DNA of 64,000 nt from Rhodospirillaceae bacterium (GCA_016794165.1 JAEUKV010000043.1:26-64025); one strand, 5' to 3'. Counted from the stretch's first letter, positions 1-10,206 are shown. The notes: generated by a model not told the origin, from the sequence alone. Numbers and translations: made by a program.

Positions 1-2
1 GG

Positions 3-245
3 ATTCACTTCACCGATTTTGCGCTCTGCCTGCAGGCTGCCGTGGCTGGCCAGGGCGTGGCCCTCGGCACCACCGGGGCGGTGGCCGATCTGCTGGAGGA
101 AGGACGCCTGCTCTGCCCCTTCGAGAAGAGCATCGTCACCCCCTTCGCCTATTACATCGTCCACGACCCCGCCATCCTGAAGCGGCCCGAAGCGCAGGGA
201 TTCCTCAGCTGGATCCTGGAAGAAGCCCGCCTGACCGAGATCTAA
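3..245 (+). CDS. LysR-family regulator, C-terminal substrate-binding domain (5'-truncated by window edge)
   Basis: Frame is open from position 3: IHFTDFALCLQAAVAGQGVALG...LLEEGRLLCPF...YYIV, a GcvA-like C-terminus. Confidence 0.85.
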   Translation: MHFTDFALCLQAAVAGQGVALGTTGAVADLLEEGRLLCPFEKSIVTPFAYYIVHDPAILKRPEAQGFLSWILEEARLTEI

Positions 246-801
246 ACAGGCGCGGCAGGAAAATGGTGAGGGTCGTCGCCACGATGATGGCGGCAAGCAG
301 GCCGACCGTGAAATGGGTCCAACTGGATGGCCGCAGGGCCCCCAGCGAGACAATCAGAAAGACGATCGGCAGGTCCAGAAAATGGGTGAAAGTCGGCACC
401 TTTTCCTGGCGCGCCGCGTCTATTTCTGGCGTAAATCGCCCGAGTTTCTCGGCTTCGCGGGTGAGGCGGCCCAACTTCATGAAATAGACCCGCGTGATGG
501 TGTTGCCCTCGACGAATTCGAACAGGAACAGCGCGATCATGCCTACCAGCCAGGGCTGCTCGAGAAAGCCCCAGCCGTCATGGAAGTAGACGATGAGCAC
601 CGTGCCCGAGGCCAGCAGCAGGATGGCGCCCGGCGCGACCAGGCCGTCATAGAAGATGCCAATGGCGCGCACCGCCTCGGCGAAGACCGGCAGGGTGCGC
701 GCCTGGCGGGTGCGCACATCGAAGATGAAAACGCCGATCAGGCCGGCCGAGATCAGCATCAGGCCGACGAAATGGCCGAAGCGGCTGAGTTCATAGAGCA
801 T
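205..801 (-). CDS. DUF2269-like integral membrane protein
   Basis: 198 aa, 4-5 hydrophobic segments, N-terminal H in first helix, QPWL motif; convergent overlap with the LysR end. Confidence 0.6.
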   Translation of the reverse strand: MLYELSRFGHFVGLMLISAGLIGVFIFDVRTRQARTLPVFAEAVRAIGIFYDGLVAPGAILLLASGTVLIVYFHDGWGFLEQPWLVGMIALFLFEFVEGNTITRVYFMKLGRLTREAEKLGRFTPEIDAARQEKVPTFTHFLDLPIVFLIVSLGALRPSSWTHFTVGLLAAIIVATTLTIFLPRLFRSRSGGLLPGSS

Positions 802-831
802 GGCGGTCTCCGCTCGAACGGTGGTGCGGCG

Positions 832-1914
832 TCACGACGATACTGCCGCGATCAGCTTCGCGGCCATGGCGGGCGCGCTTTCCGGCCTGAGACGCGGCCA
901 GTCTTCGCCGAGGAGCACCTTCAGCGCCGCCGCGCATTTTTCGGTGAAGATGACGGTACCGTCCTTTTCGATGGCGCTGATGCCATCGAAACTGAGCGCG
1001 GAGGCATTGACGCCGAGCGCCTGTTCGAGGTGCCAGTCGGACGGCAGGTCGATGGCAACACCCTTGCGGCTGATCTTCACCGGATAGCCGCCAACCAGGC
1101 CGTTGGGTGCGGGCGCATGCAAGGCCTGCGGCTCGTCACCGAGTAGTGCCGCCAGCACGCCAAGCCCGGCGGAAGCGGTGATGCGGTTGATCTCCAGATC
1201 ATGCGCGACCGGCATCTTGATGCTGCGCAGCTTGTCCTTGATGGCGAGCGAGATGTCGTGGCCATGCCACAGCACCTGGAGCAGGAAGGGCGGCAATTCC
1301 TTCACCGCCTCCTCGCGATAGAACAGAGTCGAGAGCGCATGGCTGCCCACCAGCTTGATGGCGAGTTCCGAGATTGGCGCGTTGCTGTGCTGGCTGGCGA
1401 GGAAGCGGATCTTGGGCAGGCACTCGCTGACATTGCCGATGCCGACGATCGGGCCCGAGCCCGTCATGTGCAGGATGGGATTGACCACGTCAGGATAGGT
1501 GGCGGAGACCCAGGGGCAGTGCAGGTCGGATTTCTCCCAGGCCGCGCGCAGCGTGAGCATGGGCGCCAGATGACAGGCGAGCCAGCCGCCGAAGGGCAGC
1601 GCACGGATCCTGGGATTGGCGTGGCCGGTCAGCTTCCACCAGGGCAACAGGGTGGGTGCCGCCAGCATCAGGTCCGGCTGGATCCTGCGCAGGGCCTCGG
1701 CCGCGTCGGGCGCGTTGAAATCGAAGGCGACCACGTCGATGCGGGGATACTCATCCTCCAGCGCCGCACCGACCCTGGCGGCATTCGCGCGCAATTTCGC
1801 GGCGGCCACATTGCGGGTCGCCACGATGATATGCGGGAACCGCCCGTCGCGCGCCGCCGCTTCCAGCACCGCGCCGTTCAGTTTTCCCAAGGATATCAGC
1901 AGCAGCTTGCTCAC
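832..1914 (-). CDS. Hypothetical Rossmann-fold protein (saccharopine dehydrogenase/LDH-like oxidoreductase)
   Basis: 360 aa from GTG; beta-alpha-beta start LLLISLGKLNG...IIVATRN, YPDVVNP and GIGN motifs. Confidence 0.55.
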   Translation of the reverse strand: MSKLLLISLGKLNGAVLEAAARDGRFPHIIVATRNVAAAKLRANAARVGAALEDEYPRIDVVAFDFNAPDAAEALRRIQPDLMLAAPTLLPWWKLTGHANPRIRALPFGGWLACHLAPMLTLRAAWEKSDLHCPWVSATYPDVVNPILHMTGSGPIVGIGNVSECLPKIRFLASQHSNAPISELAIKLVGSHALSTLFYREEAVKELPPFLLQVLWHGHDISLAIKDKLRSIKMPVAHDLEINRITASAGLGVLAALLGDEPQALHAPAPNGLVGGYPVKISRKGVAIDLPSDWHLEQALGVNASALSFDGISAIEKDGTVIFTEKCAAALKVLLGEDWPRLRPESAPAMAAKLIAAVSS

Positions 1915-1975
1915 GGCTTCCCCGATTTCGTGACCGTCGAAGCAAACCTATATCGACAATGTTGCGTTGGCGAGG

Positions 1976-2112
1976 CCCCCTCACCCTGACCCTCTCCCGC
2001 GAGGGGAGAGGGAATGAGGTGCCGATGGCAATGATTACTGAAACTGAAGAATATTGCGTCCGTCCCGCGGAGCCCCTCTCCCCTCGCGGGAGAGGGGTTG
2101 GGGTGAGGGGGG
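1976..2112. repeat. Inverted pair of REP-like palindromic elements
   Basis: Copy 1 at 1977-2012 CCCCTCACCCTGACCCTCTCCCGCGAGGGGAGAGGG; copy 2 at 2073-2112 reverse-complements to CCCCCCTCACCCCAACCCCTCTCCCGCGAGGGGAGAGGGG; each holds a CCCTCTCCC/GGGAGAGGG hairpin. Confidence 0.8.
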
Positions 2113-4437
2113 CTACTTCTTGAACCCGGCCTTAGCAAAGGCTGCGGCCAGCGCGTTGTCGCCGCCGCCACTCTTGGCCTGCGGCTGCCTGTTGTCCTGC
2201 ATGAATTTGCGTTCGTTTTTGGCTATCGGGCGATCCTTCGGCGCACCCTGTTCCCGCGGCCTGGCAGCAGCGTCGCCAGACCGCATGGTGAGCGAGATGC
2301 GCTTCCTCGGGACATCCACCTCGACCACACGGACCCTAACCACATCGCCGGGCTTCACGACCTCGCGCGGGTCCTTGACGAAGCGGTCGGCCAGCGCCGA
2401 GACATGAACGAGGCCGTCCTGATGGACGCCTATATCGACGAAGGCGCCGAAGGCCGCCACGTTGGTAACGACACCCTCCAGCTGCATGCCGGGCACGAGG
2501 TCCTTCAACTGCTCGACGCCTTCCTTGAAGGTCGCGGTCTTGAACTCCGGGCGCGGGTCGCGGCCGGGTTTTTCCAGTTCCTTGAGGATGTCGCTCACGG
2601 TTGGGACACCGAAGGTGTCGTCGGTGAACTCCTCCGGCTTCAGGCTACGCAGCAGCTTGGTATCGCCGATCACCGCGCTGGTCTCGCGGCCCGTGACCGC
2701 GAGAATGCGGCGCACGACCGGATAGGCTTCCGGATGCACCGAGGAGGAATCGAGCGGATCCTCGCCATCGCGGATGCGCAGGAAGCCCGCTGCCTGTTCA
2801 AAGGCCTTCGGCCCCAGGCGCGGCACCTTCAGCAATTGCTGACGCGAGCGGAAGGGCCCATTGGCATCGCGGAAGGCCACGATGTTCTGCGCCAGACTCT
2901 CGCCCAGGCCGGAGACACGGGCCAGCAGCTTGGCCGAGGCCGTATTGATTTCGACGCCCACCGCGTTCACGCAGTCCTCGACCACGGCATCGAGCGCCTT
3001 GGAGAGGCGGAACTCCGCGATGTCGTGCTGGTACTGGCCGACGCCGATCGACTTGGGGTCGATTTTCACCAGTTCGGCGAGCGGATCCTGCAGGCGCCGC
3101 GCAATCGACACGGCACCCCGGATGGTGACGTCGAGTTCCGGCAATTCCTTCGAGGCGTATTCCGACGCGGAGTAAATCGAGGCGCCGGCTTCCGACACCA
3201 TCACCTTGGTGAGCTTCAGTTCCGGATGCCGCTTCATCAGATCGTCGGCGAGCTTGTCGGTCTCGCGGCTGGCCGTGCCGTTACCGATGGCGACCAGTTC
3301 CAGTTTGTGGCGATGGCAGAGCGCCGCGAGGATGGCGATCGCTTCATCCCATTTGCGCATCGGCTCGTGGGGATAGATGGTGGCGAATTCCAGTACCTTG
3401 CCCGTGGCGGCGATGACGGCGACCTTGCAGCCGGTACGCAGCCCGGGATCAAGGCCCAGGGTGGGACGACCGCCGGCCGGTGCCGACATCAGCACGTCCT
3501 TGAGGTTGGACGCGAAGACCCGCACTGCTTCCTCCTCGGCGGCCAGGCGCAACCGACCCATCAAGTCGAGCTCGATGCTGAGCTTCAGCTTCACCCGCCA
3601 GCACCACTGCACCACATCCTTGAGCCAGGGGTCGCCGGGGCGGCCCTGATCGCCGATGCCGACATGGGCGGCGATGGCACGCTCGGCCTCGTTCAATGTC
3701 TTGCGGTCCTCCGGTTCGTCCATGGCGAGGTTGAGGCTGAGGACCTCCTCCTTCTGGCCGCGGAACATGGCGAGCGCCCGGTGCGACGGCACCCTGGCGA
3801 TGGGTTCGGCGGCGTCGAAATAGTCGGAGAACTTGGCGCCGCTGCCTTCCTTGCCGTCCTGGACCCTGGAAACAAGACGCCCCTTCTCCCATAGCAGTTC
3901 GCGCAGGCGTGCCAGCAGATCCGCCTGTTCCGCAAAACGTTCCACCAGGATGTCACGTGCGCCGTCCAGCGCCGCCTTCACGTCGGCAACGCCTTTTTCC
4001 GCATCGACAAAGGCGGCGGCCTCCGTCTGGGGCTGTTTCGCGGGATCGCCCAGCAATAGATCGGCCAGGGGTTCGAGGCCGGCCTCTCTCGCGATCTGCG
4101 CCTTGGTGCGGCGTTTGGGCTTGAAGGGAAGATAGAGATCCTCCAGCCGCGCCTTGGTGTCGGCCAGCGCGATGTCGCGGGCGAGATCGCCGGTCAGCTT
4201 TCCCTGTTCCTCGATGCTCTTGAGGATCGCAGCGCGACGATCTTCCAGCTCGCGCAGATAGCCGAGGCGCTCTTCCAGCTTGCGCAGCTGCGTGTCGTCG
4301 AGGCCGCCGGTCGCCTCCTTGCGATAGCGGGAAATGAAGGGCACCGTGGCACCGCCATCGAGCAGTTCGACCGCCGCGCGAACCTGCGCTTCGCGCGCTT
4401 CCAGTTCGGCGGCAATTCTGGCCTCGATGGAAATCAT
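2113..4437 (-). CDS. tex: Tex family RNA-binding transcriptional accessory protein
   Basis: [40 protein letters not shown]-terminal S1 domain; start moved to ATG 4437. Confidence 0.95.
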   Translation of the reverse strand: MISIEARIAAELEAREAQVRAAVELLDGGATVPFISRYRKEATGGLDDTQLRKLEERLGYLRELEDRRAAILKSIEEQGKLTGDLARDIALADTKARLEDLYLPFKPKRRTKAQIAREAGLEPLADLLLGDPAKQPQTEAAAFVDAEKGVADVKAALDGARDILVERFAEQADLLARLRELLWEKGRLVSRVQDGKEGSGAKFSDYFDAAEPIARVPSHRALAMFRGQKEEVLSLNLAMDEPEDRKTLNEAERAIAAHVGIGDQGRPGDPWLKDVVQWCWRVKLKLSIELDLMGRLRLAAEEEAVRVFASNLKDVLMSAPAGGRPTLGLDPGLRTGCKVAVIAATGKVLEFATIYPHEPMRKWDEAIAILAALCHRHKLELVAIGNGTASRETDKLADDLMKRHPELKLTKVMVSEAGASIYSASEYASKELPELDVTIRGAVSIARRLQDPLAELVKIDPKSIGVGQYQHDIAEFRLSKALDAVVEDCVNAVGVEINTASAKLLARVSGLGESLAQNIVAFRDANGPFRSRQQLLKVPRLGPKAFEQAAGFLRIRDGEDPLDSSSVHPEAYPVVRRILAVTGRETSAVIGDTKLLRSLKPEEFTDDTFGVPTVSDILKELEKPGRDPRPEFKTATFKEGVEQLKDLVPGMQLEGVVTNVAAFGAFVDIGVHQDGLVHVSALADRFVKDPREVVKPGDVVRVRVVEVDVPRKRISLTMRSGDAAARPREQGAPKDRPIAKNERKFMQDNRQPQAKSGGGDNALAAAFAKAGFKK

Positions 4438-4573
4438 GCGGTTTCTCCCGAATCGGTGCAATTGGCGAAAGGCGGGCCTTGTAGCGGAGGCATGACTAGG
4501 GTTCAATGCCCCACGTCATCGCTCCCACTGCTGGCAGCCGGCCAACTTTCTGAATCAATCGAAAGATCACAGT

Positions 4574-4894
4574 ATGTCCAAAAGCGCCACCTCTTCCCGC
4601 CCTGCCGCCATTGGTACGGTCCAGGTCGACAACGACCGCGTCGTCGTGACGGAGTGGCGGTTCGCACCAGGGGCCGAGACCACCTGGCACCGCCATGGCT
4701 TTGACTATGTCGTGGTTCCCATGAAGACCGGACGCCTGGAAATCGATGACGGCAAGGAGCGACGCATCGCCGAACTCGTCGCCGGCAAATCCTACTACCG
4801 CCCGGTGGGTGTCGAGCACAACGTCATCAACGCCAACGATTATGAGTTCGTCTTTGTCGAAATCGAGTTCAAAACCCCCCAGGGCCAGGCGTAG
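4574..4894 (+). CDS. Cupin domain protein (BauB-like)
   Basis: DNDRVVVTEWRFAPG..T.WHRH..DYVVVP, GVEHNVIN, FVFVEIE cupin motifs. Confidence 0.8.
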   Translation: MSKSATSSRPAAIGTVQVDNDRVVVTEWRFAPGAETTWHRHGFDYVVVPMKTGRLEIDDGKERRIAELVAGKSYYRPVGVEHNVINANDYEFVFVEIEFKTPQGQA

Positions 4895-4976
4895 CGCCGG
4901 CGCAAGCGACAAGCCGGCGCCAGCAAAGTCACGACGGGGCAACAAGGGTGCAGCCGCGACCGGCGGCACCAAAGCG

Positions 4977-7289
4977 GTGCCCTTTCCAACCAAGGAACAG
5001 GTGCTGGAATTCATCCGCAGCTCGCCGGTGCCGGTCGGCAAGCGAGAGATCGCCCGCGCCTTTCATTTGCGCGGGCAAGACCGGATTCCGCTAAAAGCCC
5101 TGCTGAAGGAACTTGAGCAACAGGGCGCAGTCGATCGCGGTCATGCGCGGCGCCTCGCCGCGCCCGGCAGCCTGCCCGAAGTCGCCGTCATCCAGGTGAT
5201 CGGTCCGGATGCCGATGGCGACATCTGGGCCCGCCCGATCGATTTTCCGGAAGACGACGCCGAGCCGCAGATCGTCATCATCGAGGACAAGAAGCTCGAT
5301 CGGCCGCTGGCGGCCGGCGACCGGGTTCTGGCGCGCCTAGAGCGCACCGATGCCGACGTCTATGAAGCGCGGCCGATCCGACGCCTGCAGAGTCGTGCCG
5401 AGCGCGTGGTGGGCGTGTTCGAGAAGGGCCCTCATGGCGGCGGCCGTCTGATCCCCTCCAGCAAACGGGTGAAGACCGAGTTCACGGTCGAGGCGAAGGA
5501 CGTCAACGGCGCCAGGCCCGACGAGATCGTGGTGGCGGAAGTCGAGCCGGCGCGGCGCCTGGGCATGCCCAAGGCGCGCATCGTTGAACGGGTCGGTCGT
5601 GTCGGCGAGGCAAAGTCGGTCAGCATCATCTCGATCGCCGAGCATCACATCCCGTTCCAGTTCCCGCCGGCGGCACTGGAACAGGCCGAACAGGCCACCG
5701 CCGCAACGCTCGGCAGTCGTACCGACCTGCGGCAAGTTCCGCTGGTCACCATCGACGGCGAGGATGCGCGCGACTTCGATGACGCGGTCTGGGCCGCCGC
5801 CGACGATCATCCGGATAACCCCGGCGGCTGGCGGATCATGGTCGCCATCGCCGATGTCGCCTGGTATGTGCGCCCCGATGATCCCCTCGATCGCAGTGCG
5901 CGGGACCGGGGCAACTCGGTCTATTTCCCCGACCGGGTGGTGCCGATGCTGCCGGAGGAACTCAGCAATGGCTGGTGTTCCCTGCGGCCGCATGAGGACC
6001 GTCCGGTAATGGCGGTCGAAATGACCCTCGATGCCCAGGGGCGAAAACTGCGGCATCGCTTCATGCGCGGCCTGATGCGCTCGGCGGCGCGTCTCACCTA
6101 TGAGCAGGCGCAAGCCGCAATGGACGGGCAGCCGAACGACCTCACCGGCCCCCTGCTCGACCCGGTCATCAAGCCGCTTTATGGCGCCTTCAGATCCTTG
6201 CTCAAGGCACGCGAGGCACGCGGCACGCTGGAACTCGACCTGCCGGAACGCCGCGTCTTCATCGACGACCAGGGCCGGATCGAGCGGATTGAGGCGAGGC
6301 AGCGCCTCGACAGCCATCGCCTGATCGAGGAGTTCATGATCGCGGCCAATGTCGCGGCGGCGGAATCGCTCGAAAAGAAACGCTGGCCCTGCATGTACCG
6401 GGTGCACGACCAGCCGGACGCCACCCGTGTCGAGGCCCTGCGCGAATTCCTGGAAACGCTCGACTTCAGCCTGGCCAAGGGCCAGGTCCTGCGGCCGAAG
6501 CACTTCACCCGGCTGCTGCAGCAGGCCAGGGAAACGCCCTATGCCGAGATGATCAGCACCTTGGTGCTGCGCTCCCAGGCCCAGGCCGTTTACGCTCCGG
6601 AGAATCTCGGGCATTTCGGCCTCGCCCTGCAGCGCTATGCTCATTTCACCTCGCCCATCCGACGCTATGCCGACCTCCTGGTCCACCGCGCCCTGATCGG
6701 CGCCTTCGACCTGGGCGAGGGTGCCCTGGACAAATCCGACGCCGCCGCCTTCGCGGAAACCGGCGTTCATATTTCCGGCACCGAGCGGCGCGCGGCGGCG
6801 GCCGAGCGCGACGCCATCGACCGCTACGTCGCCGCCTTCCTCGCCGACAAGGTCGACGCCGAATTCGAAGGGCGCATTTCCGGCGTCGCCCGCTTTGGCC
6901 TGTTCATCAATCTGCGCGGCAGCGGCGCCGACGGGATCATTCCGATTTCGACCCTGCCCCAGGATTTTTACGATCATGACGAGCGCTACCATGCCCTGGT
7001 CGGCCGGCGTTCCGGGCGCCGGTTTCAGCTCGGGCAATCGGTCACCGTGCGGCTGGTCAGTGCCGATCCGCTCACCGGCGGCATCACCCTGGAAATGCTG
7101 GCCGCCGTGCCGCTGGGGAACGAGGCGACCGGGACGGACCGCGAGAGGCCCCCTCGCGGGCAGCGCCAGGGCCCACGCGGCCGGCCGCCATCGGTGCCGC
7201 GCAAGGGCGGCGGTCCTGGCAAGGCTTCCGCCAGGGGCACGGAAAAGGCCGGAAAACCCAAGAACCGGGGCAAGAAGCGCCGCCGCTAA
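4977..7289 (+). CDS. rnr: Ribonuclease R
   Basis: TIDGEDARDFDDA, RGNSVYFP, YAHFTSPIRRYADL, S1 domain and basic tail; start (GTG 4977) uncertain. Confidence 0.93.
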   Translation: MPFPTKEQVLEFIRSSPVPVGKREIARAFHLRGQDRIPLKALLKELEQQGAVDRGHARRLAAPGSLPEVAVIQVIGPDADGDIWARPIDFPEDDAEPQIVIIEDKKLDRPLAAGDRVLARLERTDADVYEARPIRRLQSRAERVVGVFEKGPHGGGRLIPSSKRVKTEFTVEAKDVNGARPDEIVVAEVEPARRLGMPKARIVERVGRVGEAKSVSIISIAEHHIPFQFPPAALEQAEQATAATLGSRTDLRQVPLVTIDGEDARDFDDAVWAAADDHPDNPGGWRIMVAIADVAWYVRPDDPLDRSARDRGNSVYFPDRVVPMLPEELSNGWCSLRPHEDRPVMAVEMTLDAQGRKLRHRFMRGLMRSAARLTYEQAQAAMDGQPNDLTGPLLDPVIKPLYGAFRSLLKAREARGTLELDLPERRVFIDDQGRIERIEARQRLDSHRLIEEFMIAANVAAAESLEKKRWPCMYRVHDQPDATRVEALREFLETLDFSLAKGQVLRPKHFTRLLQQARETPYAEMISTLVLRSQAQAVYAPENLGHFGLALQRYAHFTSPIRRYADLLVHRALIGAFDLGEGALDKSDAAAFAETGVHISGTERRAAAAERDAIDRYVAAFLADKVDAEFEGRISGVARFGLFINLRGSGADGIIPISTLPQDFYDHDERYHALVGRRSGRRFQLGQSVTVRLVSADPLTGGITLEMLAAVPLGNEATGTDRERPPRGQRQGPRGRPPSVPRKGGGPGKASARGTEKAGKPKNRGKKRRR

Positions 7290-7422
7290 ATCGCTCATAG
7301 GTGTGCAGTCCCGACCCGATCAGGCCCTAGCCTAGGGCAGGAATTCTGATAGATTGTGGCCGAACAATCGAGGATCGGCAGGGTGCGCTGGGGCGGCGTG
7401 CGTGTGCCGGGACATGTAACGG

Positions 7423-9132
7423 ATGCCGAACGTCTTGATCGCAGGAATGCTTACCAGCCAAATGGCCGCCCATTCGGTTGCAGAGGCCCATTTCATTGAG
7501 GGGAATAGCCGCGGCCGATCGGGTGACGGCCTGGCGGACGCGCCAGAGCGGCCCAGTTTCCGCCGCTGGTTGGTTGCGCCGCTGCTGCTCGCCCTGGCGG
7601 CCTGCGCCGGGACGACGGGTAAGCTGGCTGACGACAAGACCGGGGCGCTGGACCGGGACATGCTTGTGAGCGGCCTCAGCGATATCGATTCCATCTACAT
7701 CAACAAGCCGGAACTCAGTTCCCTGACCCTGGCCGGCATGCAGCAATTGTCCAGCCTCGATTCCGCCATTCGGATTGAAGGCGACGATGACGAATTGAAA
7801 CTGCTGCACAAGGAGCAATTGGTCGACGCGGAGTTCCTCAAGGACGGCGACGATGCCAGCGCCAAGCAATGGGGCAAGGCAGCGGCCGAAATCCTCGGTG
7901 AAGCGCGCCGCGTTTCCCCCGCCATCACCAAGGCCGGGGACGAAAAAATCTATGAAACCGTCTTCACCGGTATCGTCGGCAAGCTTGACGGCTTCTCCCG
8001 CTATTCCGGCGCCGACGCCGCCAAGGAAGAGAAAGCGGCCCGCGACGGATTCGGCGGGATCGGCGTGCGCATCTCGGTCGAAGACGACCAGGTGCGCATT
8101 ACGTCCGTCATGCATTACACACCGGCCGAGCGCCTTGGGCTGAAGCGCGACGACCTTGTGCTGGAAATCGACGGCGATACGGTCGAAGGCATGACCCAGC
8201 AACAGGTGGTCAATCTTCTGCGCGGCGAGGTCGACAGCCGGGTGCGCCTGCTGATCCAGCGCGAAGGCAAGGACGAGCCGTTCGAGGTCAACGTGAAGCG
8301 GGCCCATGTGGTACCCGAAACGGTGAGCTACCGGCGCGAAGGCAATGTCGCTTATTTCCGGCTGTTTGGCTTCAATTCCGAAACCTCGAGCAGCCTGAAA
8401 CGCGAGATCAGCGACGCCAAGGACGAGATCGGCAAGAAGCTGCAGGGCGTCGTGCTCGATCTGCGCGGCAACCCGGGCGGTCTGGTGCCTCAATCGGTGG
8501 CGGTGGCGAACCTCTTCCTGGAGGAAGGCCGCATTGTCTCGATCCACGGCCGGCACCCCGACAGCCATCAGTACTTCGAGGCGAGTGACGGCGACATCGC
8601 CGGCGGTCGGCCGATCGCCGTCCTCATTGACGGAAACTCCGCATCGGCCGCGGAGATCGTCGCCGCCGCGCTGCAGGACAATGGTCGTGCCGTCGTCATC
8701 GGGACGAACTCCTATGGCAAGGGCACGGTGCAGAACATCAAGAGCCTGCCCAACCAGGGCGAGATCAAGCTGACCTGGGCCAGATTCCATGCGCCGTCCG
8801 GCTATACCCTGCATCATTTGGGCGTCTTGCCGACGGTTTGCACCAGCGGTGCTCACAGCGTGGACTCCCTGCTTGCCGAGCTGCGCGCGGGGAATCTTCC
8901 GCAGGTACCGATGGTCAAGCGCAATACCACCAAGCCGGACGATACCCCCGCGCTGGATGCGCTGCGGCGCACCTGCCCATCGCGCAAGGTTGAGGATCCA
9001 GTCGATCTGGAACTGGCGCTGAAGCTGATCGAGCTGCCTAGCCTCTATGCCGGCGCGGTCGGACTTGCCCAGCCCCCCGCGGCCGCCCATGTCGACGACG
9101 CAGCCGAAGCGCTGCTGCCGTTCATTCCCTGA
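7423..9132 (+). CDS. S41 family carboxy-terminal protease, probable lipoprotein
   Basis: LALAAC lipobox, PDZ (FGGIGVRI), DLRGNPGG, catalytic SASAAEI and SYGKG; start uncertain. Confidence 0.9.
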   Translation: MPNVLIAGMLTSQMAAHSVAEAHFIEGNSRGRSGDGLADAPERPSFRRWLVAPLLLALAACAGTTGKLADDKTGALDRDMLVSGLSDIDSIYINKPELSSLTLAGMQQLSSLDSAIRIEGDDDELKLLHKEQLVDAEFLKDGDDASAKQWGKAAAEILGEARRVSPAITKAGDEKIYETVFTGIVGKLDGFSRYSGADAAKEEKAARDGFGGIGVRISVEDDQVRITSVMHYTPAERLGLKRDDLVLEIDGDTVEGMTQQQVVNLLRGEVDSRVRLLIQREGKDEPFEVNVKRAHVVPETVSYRREGNVAYFRLFGFNSETSSSLKREISDAKDEIGKKLQGVVLDLRGNPGGLVPQSVAVANLFLEEGRIVSIHGRHPDSHQYFEASDGDIAGGRPIAVLIDGNSASAAEIVAAALQDNGRAVVIGTNSYGKGTVQNIKSLPNQGEIKLTWARFHAPSGYTLHHLGVLPTVCTSGAHSVDSLLAELRAGNLPQVPMVKRNTTKPDDTPALDALRRTCPSRKVEDPVDLELALKLIELPSLYAGAVGLAQPPAAAHVDDAAEALLPFIP

Positions 9133-9152
9133 TCAAGCGGCCAGCAGGTCAG

Positions 9153-9893
9153 ATGAGTGAGACAGCGAATCAGAGCTCGGCCGTGCGGCCGGTGGACGCC
9201 GCCGGACTGGTGCTGATCCGCGCGCCCCGGAAGGGAGCGCATGCCGGCGAGCCGGAGATCCTGATCGGCCGGCGTCCGGCGCGCATGGGTTTCCTGCCCG
9301 GGATTCACGTGGTTCCCGGCGGCCGGGTCGATCCGGCGGACATGATGCCCAGTGGCTTCGACGACAGCCTTCACCCCCGCGTCGCACACCTCCTGCGCGG
9401 CGGCGGCACCAGGCGGCCGCCGCGGGCATTTCTCCATGCCGCCCTTCGCGAGACTTTCGAGGAGACCGGCCTGCTGGTCGGGCGGCCAGCGGGCCAAATC
9501 CCGTCTGGCGGCGCCGACACCTCGCTCTGGCGGGCCTATCGGCAAGCCGGCCTCTGCCCGGATTTCACCGGATTCGACTATCTCTGCCGGGCGATCACCC
9601 CGGTGGGGTCGCGCCGGCGCTTCAACACACGCTTCTTCCTGGCCGATGGCAGCCTTGCCGATGGGCCCCTGGGGGGCGATGGCGAACTTGAGGATCTGGC
9701 CTGGCGTCCCGTCAGCGCCTTCGGCGAACTGACCCTGGTCGATGTCACCCAATATGTGCTGGAAACCGCCCTGCGGCGCTGGCGCGAACGAATCCCGATC
9801 GGCGCCGACACCCCCAAACTGCTGAATTATCGCAATAACATCATGACGTTAAGCATAGAGCGCCGCGCTCGCCTGCCGCTGGCGGCCCAATAA
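9153..9893 (+). CDS. NUDIX hydrolase
   Basis: VVPGGRVD...ALRETFEETGL Nudix box; RAITP..RRFNTRFF. Confidence 0.88.
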   Translation: MSETANQSSAVRPVDAAGLVLIRAPRKGAHAGEPEILIGRRPARMGFLPGIHVVPGGRVDPADMMPSGFDDSLHPRVAHLLRGGGTRRPPRAFLHAALRETFEETGLLVGRPAGQIPSGGADTSLWRAYRQAGLCPDFTGFDYLCRAITPVGSRRRFNTRFFLADGSLADGPLGGDGELEDLAWRPVSAFGELTLVDVTQYVLETALRRWRERIPIGADTPKLLNYRNNIMTLSIERRARLPLAAQ

Positions 9894-9894
9894 C

Positions 9895-9922
9895 TTGACA
9901 TTCGGCCGTACCTCGCTATTTT
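9895..9922 (+). promoter_or_regulatory. Sigma70-like promoter for rpmG
   Basis: TTGACA (9895-9900), 16 nt spacer, TATTTT (9917-9922), 43 nt before the rpmG ATG. Confidence 0.55.
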
Positions 9923-9965
9923 GCGCCATCCTTTTGCCGAGAAACGCATTTTTTGAGAGACGGCC

Positions 9966-10133
9966 ATGGCCAAGGCAGCAACGATTCTGGTGAAACTGGT
10001 GAGCACTGCTGACACCGGTTTTTACTATGTGACCAAGAAGAACCCGCGCACCACCACCGAGAAGCTCGAGTTCCGCAAGTATGATCCGGTGGTGAAGAAG
10101 CACGTCGCGTTCAAGGAAGCGAAGATCAAGTAA
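9966..10133 (+). CDS. rpmG: 50S ribosomal protein L33 (55 aa, absent from the ORF track)
   Basis: Manual translation [55 protein letters not shown]; no zinc-binding Cys. Confidence 0.97.
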   Translation: MAKAATILVKLVSTADTGFYYVTKKNPRTTTEKLEFRKYDPVVKKHVAFKEAKIK

Positions 10134-10158
10134 TCTGCGCCGCCATGCGTGAAACAAC

Positions 10159-10188
10159 CGGGGCGCCGACAGCGATGTCGGCGCCCCG
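10159..10188. terminator. Hairpin between convergent rpmG and BKACE genes
   Basis: Perfect 13-bp stem CGGGGCGCCGACA / TGTCGGCGCCCCG, loop GCGA. Confidence 0.75.
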
Positions 10189-10206
10189 CTTCGTTGTTGG
10201 GCAGCG

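Noticed and set aside
42-245. 67-aa ORF as a complete small gene
   Set aside because: The frame is open to the window edge; it is the C-terminus of a LysR regulator
4438-4506. N-terminal extensions in the ORF track (tex, alaS, nadK, argE, hisI, kynB, kynU, sigF, SBP and others)
   Set aside because: Longest-ORF artefacts; family homology and RBS-like sequences point to downstream starts
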